Below are positions 48,519 through 58,141 of a stretch of 64,000 nt of DNA, piece by piece. The notes beneath the pieces are model-generated. The model saw nothing but the letters and a program-made list of their open reading frames with translations. It was not told the origin of the DNA and did not search any database. The number at the start of each line of letters is the position of its first letter. Position 1 is the stretch's first letter. This DNA comes from Candidatus Nomurabacteria bacterium (lineage in GTDB: Bacteria > Patescibacteriota > Minisyncoccia > Phycocordibacterales > UBA9973). Where the stretch lies: contig JAHFNJ010000002.1 in NCBI GenBank assembly GCA_023267375.1, positions 23,634 through 87,633 of the forward strand, read 5' to 3'. Both the position numbers and the translations under genes were made by a program.

Positions 48519-51500
48519 ATGAAAAAAAATATATTCGAAAGTATAAAAAAATATGTGTCCTTTGTTTTTGTTCTCGCATTTTTTGTAGCGATAGTTGGTT
48601 TTGTGTCATTTCAGACCGTTAAGGCAGATGACACCGATACGGGCACAGACATCACTGTTCCCACTGATCCAGTAATTCTACCTTCAGTAGAAGATCAAGC
48701 TCCGTCGACGGATCCAGTGGTTCCACTAGTAGAGGATCCCGCGCCGACAATTGATGATGGCTCTGTGCAGACAGATACTGATATTGATATTGATAGCGTG
48801 CCGCAAACTGATGTTGTGCCATCTGAAGATTCCGCTCCAGCGCCTTCAGTTCCTGTTATGGCTCCAGAGCTCTCAAGCGACAAAGGCGACTATCATCCAG
48901 GAGAGACCGCAACTATTTTTGGAAAATACTTTGGCGCACTTGGTGATTTTATTTTGAAGATTTTCGGAAGCGATGATAATGATAATAATTACACCGAGTC
49001 TATTCAAACAGTAACGGCTGATGCAAATGGGGAATTTACTTCTTCCTATAATCTCGATGATCTTTACAGACCGTTTTATCAGATGACTGCATCAGCGCTT
49101 GATGGCACGATACTCGCAGAGGGAATGTTTCGTGATTCTGCAATTGGTACCTATGACCAATGTTCAAACGATCTTGGTTCTGGTTATGGTTCAGGAGATA
49201 CGGGGTGTCGTTGGACGAATGGTAACTTACAAGCAAACAATTCTACATATATAGAAGGCGACTCAACTGTTCAGCGTCTTTGGATTGAAGGATATGCTCC
49301 AGGCTCAACTCACACTGTTACATTCCAATACGGAACAACAAAACAAGGGAAGCGCGCATATGATTTTCTTACATCATGGGATGCGTCTGAAAATTGGGTG
49401 ACTGTCGCTGATCGTTGTCAGGATATTGCCGGATGTACAACCGCCTCTGAGACAACACTTCCAATTCCTTCTGATACAAACGGTTCAGGACAATTTGAAA
49501 CAGGAACAAGAAACTTTACGCTTCGTGGCGGAACATTAAATAGTGCAACTTCCCCAGCTATCGTTTCTGGAACATATACTGGTGACAGTGAGACTGCTAT
49601 CACGGTTACTTTTACCGTTGGTCCATCAAATGGAGCAATGTGTAAAACGAAATCAAATGTAACGAGTTGCGGTATCGCAATCTGGTTCGGAGCTCACATC
49701 GCAAAAACGTCACAGTGGAATCCGTTTGACGGTACTACAGGGGCTGGTTCAATCTCTGGTTCTCCTTATCACGTAGCACTTGCTGAAGAAGATGGAGCGT
49801 CTGTTGGACAGCGCGATAACCAAATGCAGGCAAACGCGATTATTCCAGCAAGTACAATCACTATTCACAAGGTGACAAGTCCTGATGCTGCTGATCCAAC
49901 TGTATTTAATTTTACGACCTCTGGAACAGGCTATGGCAACTTTACACTCACTGGTGGAAACCAAAATCAACAAATAGTAACTGGTACGGGAAATTTCTCA
50001 GTAACCGAAACTGTTCCTGCTGCTTGGAGTAACACTGGTTTGACTTGTACTTCATCTGGTACAGGATCTTCTGCTACACCAAATCTTGTAAATCACTCAG
50101 TAGCGATCACCATTGGTGCTGCTGGAGGTGCGACAATTGATTGTATTTATACAAACACTCTACAACAGGCCCATCTTACACTTGTAAAAACAGTTACGAA
50201 TGATAACGGTGGCACAGCAGCGACAACTGCATGGACGCTTTCTGCTTCAGGTCCAACTCCGATTTCTGGAGCAACTGGTAGTGGAACTGTAACGAATGCT
50301 TCAGTCAATGCCGGTCAGTACTCACTTTCCGAAAGTGGTGGACCATCTGGCTACACTGCGGGGACTTGGAGTTGTGTCGGTGGAACACAAAATGGTTCAA
50401 ACGTCACGCTTACTGCAGGACAAAGTGCAACTTGTACAATAAACAACAATGATAACGCTGCTCATCTTATTGTTATTAAAAATGTGATTAATGATAATGG
50501 TGGCACTAAAGTTGCTGGTGATTTCTCAGGAACTATTTCTGGTGTGACTGCAGTTGGTGGAAATACTTGGACTGGAACAATTTCTCCTGGTTTGGATAAG
50601 ACACTCGCAACTGTTGGCGCATACAATGTGACTGAAAACGCAGATGCTGGATATAACACTACATACTCAACTGATTGTGTAGGAACGATTGCGCTCGGCG
50701 AGACTAAAACATGTACAGTAACAAACAATGACAAGCCGGCTCATTTGATCGTTATCAAACACGTTATTAATGACAATGGTGGAACAAAAACTGCTTCTGA
50801 TTTCACTATGACAATTGGCGGTGTTACAGCGGTCGGAGGTAATTCATTTGCTGGTGCTGAAAATCCTGGTATTGACAAGACACTTTCAACCGTTGGTGCA
50901 TACACTGTTACCGAGGGTGCAGTTTCTGGTTACACTCAAACTTCTGCTTCAACTGATTGCTCTGGAACAATTGCACTCGGGGAAACAAAAACTTGTACGA
51001 TTACGAACGACGATATCTCACCAAAACTCACTGTCACTAAGATTGTCATCAATGATAACGGTGGAACAAAAGTAGTTTCTGATTTCCCACTCTTCGTTGG
51101 AAACACAGGAGTAACTTCAGGTGTACAGAATAATTTCAACGCAGGTGCATATGTTGTTTCTGAAACAACTGACGCAGGCTATACAAGTACAATCTCAGGC
51201 GATTGTGATGCACAAGGGAATGTCTCACTTGCACTTGCTGATGTAAAAGCATGTACCATCACCAACAACGACATCGCTCCTACACTTAAAATCGTAAAAA
51301 CTGTTATCAACGATAATGGTGGTACAAAAGTAGCATCTGATTTCCAAGGTAAAATTGATGGAAACAATACTGCATGGAACGTAGCACAAACAGTGTCTGC
51401 CGGTTCACATACTGCATCTGAAACAAATCTCCCAGGATACACAGCTGGCGTATGGGGAGGTGATTGTGCAGCTGATGGATCAGTTACACTTGGTTTAGCA

Positions 51501-54173
51501 GAAAACAAAACTTGTACAATTACAAATGATGATCAGCAGGCATACATCATCGTAGACAAGACAGTAATCAACGATAATGGTGGGACAGCAGCACCAAATG
51601 ATTTCTTGCTCACTGTTGATGGAAATGCAGTTTCTGATGAAGTGGCGTATCCTGTAAATCCAGGCGTACACACTGCAGGCGAAACACTTCTTTCTGGATA
51701 TCAAGCAGGTGCATGGGGAGGTGATTGTAATCAAAATGCATCAGTAACTGTTGCTCTTGGTGAAACAAAGACTTGTACGATCACCAACAACGATATTCAG
51801 CCAACACTTAAACTGATCAAGCATGTTGTGAACGATAATGGCGGAACGAAAGTAGTTTCTGATTTCCCATTGTTTGTTGATGCAACTCCTGTTGTATCTG
51901 GAGTAGTTAATGGATTCAATGCAGGATCATACACTGCTTCTGAAACAAATCAGACAGGTTACCAAGCTTCATCATGGAGTGGCGACTGTGCAGCTGATGG
52001 ATCAGTAACACTTGGAATTGGCGAGAATAAAGTATGTGAAATTACGAACGACGATATCTCACCAAAACTCACTGTTACTAAGATTGTCATCAATCATGGC
52101 GGAAACAAACAAGTCTCTGATTTCCCACTCTTCGTCGGAAACACAGGAGTAACTTCAGGTGTACAGAATAATTTCAACGCAGGTGCATATGTTGTTTCTG
52201 AAACAGGTGATTCAAATTACACTGCAACAATTTCTGGTGACTGTGACACACAAGGAAACGTAACTCTTGCTCTCGCCGACGTTAAAGCATGCACGATTAC
52301 AAACGAAGAAAAACCAGCGAAAGTTATTGTTCATAAAATTGTGATTAACCATGGCTTAACAAACGACGCGACACATTTCGCACCGTACAAGGTTGGTACC
52401 ACGACTGTTACTTTGGACACTGAAACAACCATGAACTCTGGTTCATACGTTGTCTCTGAAGCGACTGACACCAACTACAATGCAACATTTACCGCTGGTG
52501 ATTGTGATGCAAATGGAAATATTACACTTACCCCAGGAACAACAAAATCTTGCACGATTACAAACGAAGAAAAACCTTCAACTCTCAAATTAGTTAAGAC
52601 AGTCATCAATGATAACGGTGGAACAAAAGTAGTTTCAGATTTCGTATTGAAAATTGACTCAACCCCAGTCACTTCAGGTGTAGCAAATTCTGTAAATTCT
52701 GGATCGTACACTGCAAGTGAGATAAATCTCCCAGGATACACAGCTGGCGCTTGGGGAGGAGATTGTGCAGCTGATGGATCAGTGACTGTTCCATCAGGTA
52801 CAAACAAGGTGTGTACCATCACCAACAACGACATCGCTCCTACACTTAAAATCGTAAAAACTGTTATCAACGATAATGGTGGTACAAAAGTAGCATCTGA
52901 TTTCCAAGGTAAAATTGATGGAAACAATACTGCATGGAACGTAGCACAAACAGTGTCTGCCGGTTCACATACTGCATCTGAAACAAATCTCCCAGGATAC
53001 ACAGCTGGCGTATGGGGAGGTGATTGTGCAGCTGATGGATCAGTTACACTTGGTTTAGCAGAAAACAAAACTTGTACAATTACAAATGATGATCAAGTAG
53101 CTCATCTTATTGTTATCAAGCATGTTATTAATCATGGCGGATCGGCTGTAGCGGGGAACTTCACTATGAATGTGACTGGTACGAACGTTTCAAACCCTTC
53201 ATTTGCTGGAGCAGAAAATCCAGGTACAAATGTTACTCTTAATGCCGGAAGTTATTCTGCTGATGAATCATTAAATGCAAATTATACGAAAACTCTCGGC
53301 GCAAATTGTTCTGGCACGATCGCAAATGGTGAGACCAAGACCTGTACAATTACCAACGAAGAGAAAACTGCAAAAATTACTATCATCAAAGATGCGCAGC
53401 CAAATGACTGTCAGGACTTCGCTTTCACAGCGACCGGTCAGAGTGGTTTCTCTCTCGATGATGACAATAACGATGCTTCATGTACCGATACGAACCAGCC
53501 TGTTTCTAAATCATTTACGAATGTGAATACAGGAAATATGACGATCACTGAAACACAGCCGAACTCATTCTGGAAGCTCTCTGGCGCGACTTGTGTGAAT
53601 ACGGTTGGTGGGGGAACATACGCTTCTTCACTTGCGGGCACTTCACTGACGGTAAATCTTACACCGGGGGCAGATGTGACTTGTACCTTTGTTAACTACA
53701 AAGCAAGTCCAACCAGAACACAGGGTTTCTGGCAGACTCATACAACGTACACAACTTCCGTGTTCAATGCCGCTCCACTTTCTGGCTCAATGTTCATCGG
53801 CAATGGCACGACGCATAAGGGTCCAGTTGATACGATCGGCAAAGTGTTCGGTGCTTTCTACTCAAACATTGCGAAGAAAACTGTCGGTGGAAATCGCACA
53901 TCGATTGATAAGGCCCGCATGCAACTTCTGCAACAACTCGTTGCTGCGAAGTTAAACTGCGCAAACTTCGGCTGTTCAGCATCTGTACAAACAATGATTA
54001 CTGCAGCTGATGCTGCCTACGCAGGCACGTCAGAAGCAGCTATCTTGAGTTTTGTTGGACAGGTTGACGCGTACAACAACTCAGGTGATACGCTTACTAT
54101 CGGCAACGCCGGAAGTGCGACACCTCAGACTTCAAAGACGCTTGCCAACATGGCTTTCTGGGATCTTCCGTAA
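48519..54173 (+). CDS. Giant repetitive cell-surface protein, about 1880 aa. It has a signal peptide, an acidic Pro-rich stalk and about 14 tandem beta-sandwich repeats of about 85 aa each.
   Basis: The start is taken at MKKNIFESIKKYVSFVFVLAFFVAIVGFVSF. The repeat unit is L.[IL]VK.VINDNGGTK..SDF....G.......G.Y..SE....GY.......C.....V.L..G..K.C[TE]ITN[DNE][DE]. The ORF-track start at 48405 carries a poorly supported N-terminal extension. Confidence 0.7.
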   Translation: MKKNIFESIKKYVSFVFVLAFFVAIVGFVSFQTVKADDTDTGTDITVPTDPVILPSVEDQAPSTDPVVPLVEDPAPTIDDGSVQTDTDIDIDSVPQTDVVPSEDSAPAPSVPVMAPELSSDKGDYHPGETATIFGKYFGALGDFILKIFGSDDNDNNYTESIQTVTADANGEFTSSYNLDDLYRPFYQMTASALDGTILAEGMFRDSAIGTYDQCSNDLGSGYGSGDTGCRWTNGNLQANNSTYIEGDSTVQRLWIEGYAPGSTHTVTFQYGTTKQGKRAYDFLTSWDASENWVTVADRCQDIAGCTTASETTLPIPSDTNGSGQFETGTRNFTLRGGTLNSATSPAIVSGTYTGDSETAITVTFTVGPSNGAMCKTKSNVTSCGIAIWFGAHIAKTSQWNPFDGTTGAGSISGSPYHVALAEEDGASVGQRDNQMQANAIIPASTITIHKVTSPDAADPTVFNFTTSGTGYGNFTLTGGNQNQQIVTGTGNFSVTETVPAAWSNTGLTCTSSGTGSSATPNLVNHSVAITIGAAGGATIDCIYTNTLQQAHLTLVKTVTNDNGGTAATTAWTLSASGPTPISGATGSGTVTNASVNAGQYSLSESGGPSGYTAGTWSCVGGTQNGSNVTLTAGQSATCTINNNDNAAHLIVIKNVINDNGGTKVAGDFSGTISGVTAVGGNTWTGTISPGLDKTLATVGAYNVTENADAGYNTTYSTDCVGTIALGETKTCTVTNNDKPAHLIVIKHVINDNGGTKTASDFTMTIGGVTAVGGNSFAGAENPGIDKTLSTVGAYTVTEGAVSGYTQTSASTDCSGTIALGETKTCTITNDDISPKLTVTKIVINDNGGTKVVSDFPLFVGNTGVTSGVQNNFNAGAYVVSETTDAGYTSTISGDCDAQGNVSLALADVKACTITNNDIAPTLKIVKTVINDNGGTKVASDFQGKIDGNNTAWNVAQTVSAGSHTASETNLPGYTAGVWGGDCAADGSVTLGLAENKTCTITNDDQQAYIIVDKTVINDNGGTAAPNDFLLTVDGNAVSDEVAYPVNPGVHTAGETLLSGYQAGAWGGDCNQNASVTVALGETKTCTITNNDIQPTLKLIKHVVNDNGGTKVVSDFPLFVDATPVVSGVVNGFNAGSYTASETNQTGYQASSWSGDCAADGSVTLGIGENKVCEITNDDISPKLTVTKIVINHGGNKQVSDFPLFVGNTGVTSGVQNNFNAGAYVVSETGDSNYTATISGDCDTQGNVTLALADVKACTITNEEKPAKVIVHKIVINHGLTNDATHFAPYKVGTTTVTLDTETTMNSGSYVVSEATDTNYNATFTAGDCDANGNITLTPGTTKSCTITNEEKPSTLKLVKTVINDNGGTKVVSDFVLKIDSTPVTSGVANSVNSGSYTASEINLPGYTAGAWGGDCAADGSVTVPSGTNKVCTITNNDIAPTLKIVKTVINDNGGTKVASDFQGKIDGNNTAWNVAQTVSAGSHTASETNLPGYTAGVWGGDCAADGSVTLGLAENKTCTITNDDQVAHLIVIKHVINHGGSAVAGNFTMNVTGTNVSNPSFAGAENPGTNVTLNAGSYSADESLNANYTKTLGANCSGTIANGETKTCTITNEEKTAKITIIKDAQPNDCQDFAFTATGQSGFSLDDDNNDASCTDTNQPVSKSFTNVNTGNMTITETQPNSFWKLSGATCVNTVGGGTYASSLAGTSLTVNLTPGADVTCTFVNYKASPTRTQGFWQTHTTYTTSVFNAAPLSGSMFIGNGTTHKGPVDTIGKVFGAFYSNIAKKTVGGNRTSIDKARMQLLQQLVAAKLNCANFGCSASVQTMITAADAAYAGTSEAAILSFVGQVDAYNNSGDTLTIGNAGSATPQTSKTLANMAFWDLP
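51252..51535 (+). repeat. 284-bp segment 100% identical to 52812-53095 (intragenic direct repeat, copy 1)
   Basis: Checked base by base from tgtaccatcaccaacaacgacatcgctcc... to ...caattacaaatgatgatca. The offset between copies is 1560 bp. Confidence 0.9.
52812..53095 (+). repeat. 284-bp intragenic direct repeat, copy 2
   Basis: Identical to 51252-51535. The flanking repeats, for example 51001-51240 versus 52041-52280, are similar but diverged. Confidence 0.9.
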
Positions 54174-54193
54174 AGAAAAGCCTCTCTAAAAAC

Positions 54194-54226
54194 AAAACCC
54201 CTCCCGCGTGGAGGGGTTTTGTTTTT
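54194..54226 (+). terminator. Strong rho-independent terminator
   Basis: AAAACCCCTCC-CGCGT-GGAGGGGTTTT is followed by GTTTTTG. Confidence 0.75.
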
Positions 54227-54259
54227 GTGGGGAAGTATCTATATATACATATGTCATAA

Positions 54260-54300
54260 GCATAGAATCATAAAGGACACTGTCCTTTATGATTCTATGC
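54260..54300. promoter_or_regulatory. Perfect 20-1-20 palindrome (candidate operator for a dimeric regulator)
   Basis: gcatagaatcataaaggaca c tgtcctttatgattctatgc. It lies in the 370-bp spacer upstream of the second giant surface gene. A direct repeat ttctattgac occurs twice at 54415-54437. Confidence 0.4.
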
Positions 54301-54600
54301 GAGAGCAACAGGAGAACGTTTCTAAAGATAGGGAAGAGCGTAATAATCTTGTTCTTCCTACGGCCCCTATTAATAGAAAGATCTATGGCATGTGTCAGTC
54401 GTTTTTGTGGGGTGTTCTATTGACTGATTCTATTGACAATTGTCTATTAAAAGGTGTAGAATAGGCGCAGATTAAGTACCGCCACATTTGTGGTTTTTAA
54501 GTGCTTCAAAGCGCTTGTTTATCAATTTTATTTTAGTATTTTTAGGGTCGCGTGAGTCTTATAAGGACTCATACCATTATAAGTTTTACTATTTTATTTT

Positions 54601-57600
54601 ATGTATAAGAAACTTCTAGGTTTTGTTTCAGTCGGAGTAATACTTGGTTTTTTACTACCAACACTCGCTCTTGCTGATGGAAATGTGCAGATTCTCACTA
54701 TCAATGGTCAGGATTTGAATGGAGGACCGCTTCCTTGTATTGCTGGTCCTATTTCTATTACTGGAGACGGAATTACCGGACAACAGGGTGGCACTTGGCA
54801 CGTAGATGTCAATTGGGGAGATGGAGTCATTAATCCTGTAGTTATAACTTCTGGAACATTAGGTGGTAAAAATTCAGTTTTTGCCTTTTCTGCTTCACAT
54901 ACACCAGTTGGTTCCAGTACTGGTTTGACACTTACCTTGTATCACAGCCAGCCATCAGGTGAGGATGGTAAGGTTATTATCATCAATCAATGTGTAGCTC
55001 CTCCGACTACCGCAGTTCTTACTGTAAAAAAACATGTTGAGAACGATAATCTTTTCCCGGGCACAGCCGTTGCATCGGATTTCATGATTCATGTCAAAAA
55101 TGGTTCAAATGAAGTGCCAAACGGCGGCAATGGTGTTTTCAGTCCGACTACAGGTTCTGAGACAGGAAAGGATTTCATTATTACTCCAGCTGCAGGCAAT
55201 TATGTACTAAGTGAAGATGCTTTCTCTGGATATACACAAAAAAGTATTGTTTGTGCAAACACATCTGACAACATTTCTCTTCCGGGTACCGGTTTCCCGC
55301 TTACGGTAGGGAAGAACTATCTTTGTACTATTACAAACAACGACGACGTTGTTAAAGTAACTCCAACACTTTCAGTTACAAACTCTCCAGTAACCTACAA
55401 CGGTTCTGCACAAGCAGCAGCTGTTTCAGGTTCAGTTTCTGGTGTGGTTACTGATGTAAAGTACGGTGGCTCTTCTACTGTGCCGACGAATGCTGGTACA
55501 TATGCGATAACTGCAGACTTCGCACCAACAGATGCAGTCAATTACAACAGTTTGAACGATGCTTCCGCTGGAAATTTCGTTATCAATAAAGCAGATTCAA
55601 CAACAACGGTTACCTGCTCTGATGTGACCTACACTGGCAGTGCGCAAACTCCTTGTATGGCATCAGTTACCGGTGCTGGCGGTTTATCATTGAACCCAAC
55701 GCCTATCTATACGGACAATACAAATGCTGGAACTGGACATGCGAGTTACACGTACGCAGGTGATGCAAACCACAACGGCAGCAGTGATTCCGATACCTTC
55801 ACTATTTCTAAGGCTGATGCAGCAACAATTACCGTTACACCATACGCAGTAACGTACAATGGCAATTCTCATACCGCTACCGCTACCGCTTTCGGTATTC
55901 TCGGTGAAGATTTGAGTTCGCTCTTTGATCTTTCTGGTACCACTCATACGGATGCAGGAAGTTATATCGATGGATGGAGTTTTGCTGGCAATGATAATTA
56001 CAACAGTGCTACTGGCGATGTTGATGACGAAATCGCAAAAGCTGACCAGACGATTACCTTTACGGTCGGTGACCACATCTTTGGTGATGCTGACTTCGCT
56101 ATCTCTGCAACTGCAACATCCGGACTTCCAGTTTCATTTGCTGTGGTGAGTGGCGACTGTGAGCTTGTTGGGAATACGACAGTTCACATTACTGGCGCGG
56201 GCGATTGTAAAATTGTTGCTACACAAGGCGGAAATGAGAATTATAATCCAGCACCGGATGTAACACGCACATTTAACATTGATAAAGCTGACCAGGCGAT
56301 CACCTTTGATCCGCTTGCTGATATGACCTATGGCGATGCTGACTTCACTGTCTCAGCCACTGCTGATTCTGGACTCGATGTTACTTTCAGTGCAGCAGGG
56401 GATTGTACGGTAACCGGCACTACGGTTCACATTACCGGCGCTGGTTCATGCACGATTACTGCTTCACAAGAAGGCAACGATGATTACAATCCGGCTTCAG
56501 ACGTTGAACAGACGTTCACTATCAATAAATCAACCGCAGTTACTATTACAGTAACCCCTTACTCTGTTACCTACGATGGTATTGCTCACACCGCGACCGC
56601 TAGTGCAACCGGCTTTTTCGGCGAAGACTTGAGTTCACTCTTCGATCTTACTGGTACTACGCATACTGATGCAGGAAGCTACAGTGATACATGGATTTTT
56701 AATGGCAATGATAACTATGAAAGTGCAACTGACGTAGTTACTGACGAAATCGCAAAAGCTGACCAGACCATTACGTTTGACCCACTGACTGACAAAGTTA
56801 TGGGCGATGCAGACTTTGATGTTGCAGCGACTGCAACATCAGGACTTCCAGTCACCTTCACGGTGGGCGATGGAAGTACCTGCACTATTTCTGGCACCAC
56901 TGTACATTTGACTGGAGTAGGTTCATGCACGATTATTGCAAATCAAGATGGAGATGATAACTATAATGCAGCAGATCCCGTATCTCAAACATTCACTATT
57001 GCAACACTTCTCCATACTATTACTGCCTCTGCGGGTACTCATGGAGCAATCTCTCCTCTAGGTTTTGTAACTGTTGCTGATGGCACTGATCAATCATTCA
57101 CAATGACTTCAGACAGCGGTTACCACATCGCAGACGTTTTGGTTGATGGTTCATCAGTTGGTGCAGTTAGTACCTATAACTTTACCGCTGTTACTGCTGA
57201 TCATACGATTGCTGTATCGTTTGAAATTGATGCAGCAAAACCTGCATGTTCCGATGGTATCGATAACGATAACGACAATAAGACAGATTACTCAGATCCA
57301 GGTTGTCACACAGATGGAAATGTAAACAACGAAGGTTCATACAATCCAAATGGCAACAGTGAAGTAGATCCAGTCATGCCTGAATGTTCTGATGGTATTG
57401 ATAACGATGGTGATCATAAAACAGATATACAAGATCCAGGTTGTCACACTGATGGTAAAGCAAATAATCCTGACTCATACGATCCAAGTGACAATAAAGA
57501 GAAAACTGGTGGACAGTCTACCAGTGGTGGCGGTCACTGGAGTGGCGGGGGATCACCAGCAGGAGAAGTTTTGGGTGCCTCAAACATCTGCGGCGTCTAC

Positions 57601-57906
57601 CTTGATAAATACCTCCGCATGGGATCTGATAACAACCCAGTAGCTGTTGAAGCTCTCCAGAAATTCCTCAATCAATTTATGAATGCCGGACTTACTGTTG
57701 ATGGAAAGTTTGGTGGGTTGACCGACAAGTTCGTTCGCCTCTTCCAGACTGCTCATGCTGATAAGATTTTGACTCCATGGGGTCTTCCAGCAAACAAGCC
57801 AACAGGTATTGTGTACCTCACAACTACGACTGAAATAAACAACATCATGTGTCCTGAATTGCAGTTGCCAATCCCTACGAACCTTGTTCCATGGGGTAAG
57901 CAATAA
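54601..57906 (+). CDS. Large secreted surface protein of 1101 aa. It has a signal peptide, tandem Ig-like (YDG/MBG-type) repeats, two Cys-bracketed Asp-rich motifs and a C-terminal peptidoglycan-binding-like domain.
   Basis: The signal reads MYKKLLGFVSVGVILGFLLPTLALA. The repeated modules read KADQTITF...GDADF.VSATA.SGL.VTF....G.CT..GTTVH.TG.GSCTI.A.Q.G.D.YN.A and TVTPY.VTY[ND]G..HTATA. The Asp-rich motifs are CSDGIDNDNDNKTDYSDPGCHTDG and CSDGIDNDGDHKTDIQDPGCHTDG. The C-terminal PG_binding_1-like segment reads AVEALQKFLNQFMNAGLTVDGKFGGLTDKFVRLFQ. Confidence 0.65.
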   Translation: MYKKLLGFVSVGVILGFLLPTLALADGNVQILTINGQDLNGGPLPCIAGPISITGDGITGQQGGTWHVDVNWGDGVINPVVITSGTLGGKNSVFAFSASHTPVGSSTGLTLTLYHSQPSGEDGKVIIINQCVAPPTTAVLTVKKHVENDNLFPGTAVASDFMIHVKNGSNEVPNGGNGVFSPTTGSETGKDFIITPAAGNYVLSEDAFSGYTQKSIVCANTSDNISLPGTGFPLTVGKNYLCTITNNDDVVKVTPTLSVTNSPVTYNGSAQAAAVSGSVSGVVTDVKYGGSSTVPTNAGTYAITADFAPTDAVNYNSLNDASAGNFVINKADSTTTVTCSDVTYTGSAQTPCMASVTGAGGLSLNPTPIYTDNTNAGTGHASYTYAGDANHNGSSDSDTFTISKADAATITVTPYAVTYNGNSHTATATAFGILGEDLSSLFDLSGTTHTDAGSYIDGWSFAGNDNYNSATGDVDDEIAKADQTITFTVGDHIFGDADFAISATATSGLPVSFAVVSGDCELVGNTTVHITGAGDCKIVATQGGNENYNPAPDVTRTFNIDKADQAITFDPLADMTYGDADFTVSATADSGLDVTFSAAGDCTVTGTTVHITGAGSCTITASQEGNDDYNPASDVEQTFTINKSTAVTITVTPYSVTYDGIAHTATASATGFFGEDLSSLFDLTGTTHTDAGSYSDTWIFNGNDNYESATDVVTDEIAKADQTITFDPLTDKVMGDADFDVAATATSGLPVTFTVGDGSTCTISGTTVHLTGVGSCTIIANQDGDDNYNAADPVSQTFTIATLLHTITASAGTHGAISPLGFVTVADGTDQSFTMTSDSGYHIADVLVDGSSVGAVSTYNFTAVTADHTIAVSFEIDAAKPACSDGIDNDNDNKTDYSDPGCHTDGNVNNEGSYNPNGNSEVDPVMPECSDGIDNDGDHKTDIQDPGCHTDGKANNPDSYDPSDNKEKTGGQSTSGGGHWSGGGSPAGEVLGASNICGVYLDKYLRMGSDNNPVAVEALQKFLNQFMNAGLTVDGKFGGLTDKFVRLFQTAHADKILTPWGLPANKPTGIVYLTTTTEINNIMCPELQLPIPTNLVPWGKQ

Positions 57907-58141
57907 GAGCAATCAAACACCTTCTGTAAGAAGCAAAAAATCACCTTATTCTATAAGGTGATTTTTTGTTGACGTTTTGCGACTTGTGTTTTGTAATGTT
58001 TCATGATATAATTGGGGCACCTTTATGAATCCGGTAGTAGACAATGGCATTGCCGAGTGATAGCGAGGTATTGGTAGAAAATATTTATTTTGCAAATTAT
58101 GAACACTAATTATCATATAAAGAAAACGGCAGAAACCAATA

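Noticed and set aside
51179-53068. Minus-strand ORFs 51179-51508, 52475-53068 and others inside the giant gene
   Set aside because: These are shadow ORFs generated by the repetitive coding sequence on the opposite strand. Two of them are themselves duplicates because of the identical 284-bp repeat.
48519-57906. CRISPR array hidden in the highly periodic 48.5-57.9 kb region
   Set aside because: The periodicity is a set of in-frame repeats of about 255 bp coding for protein domains inside two long ORFs. There are no short direct repeats of 28-37 bp with unique spacers and no cas genes.
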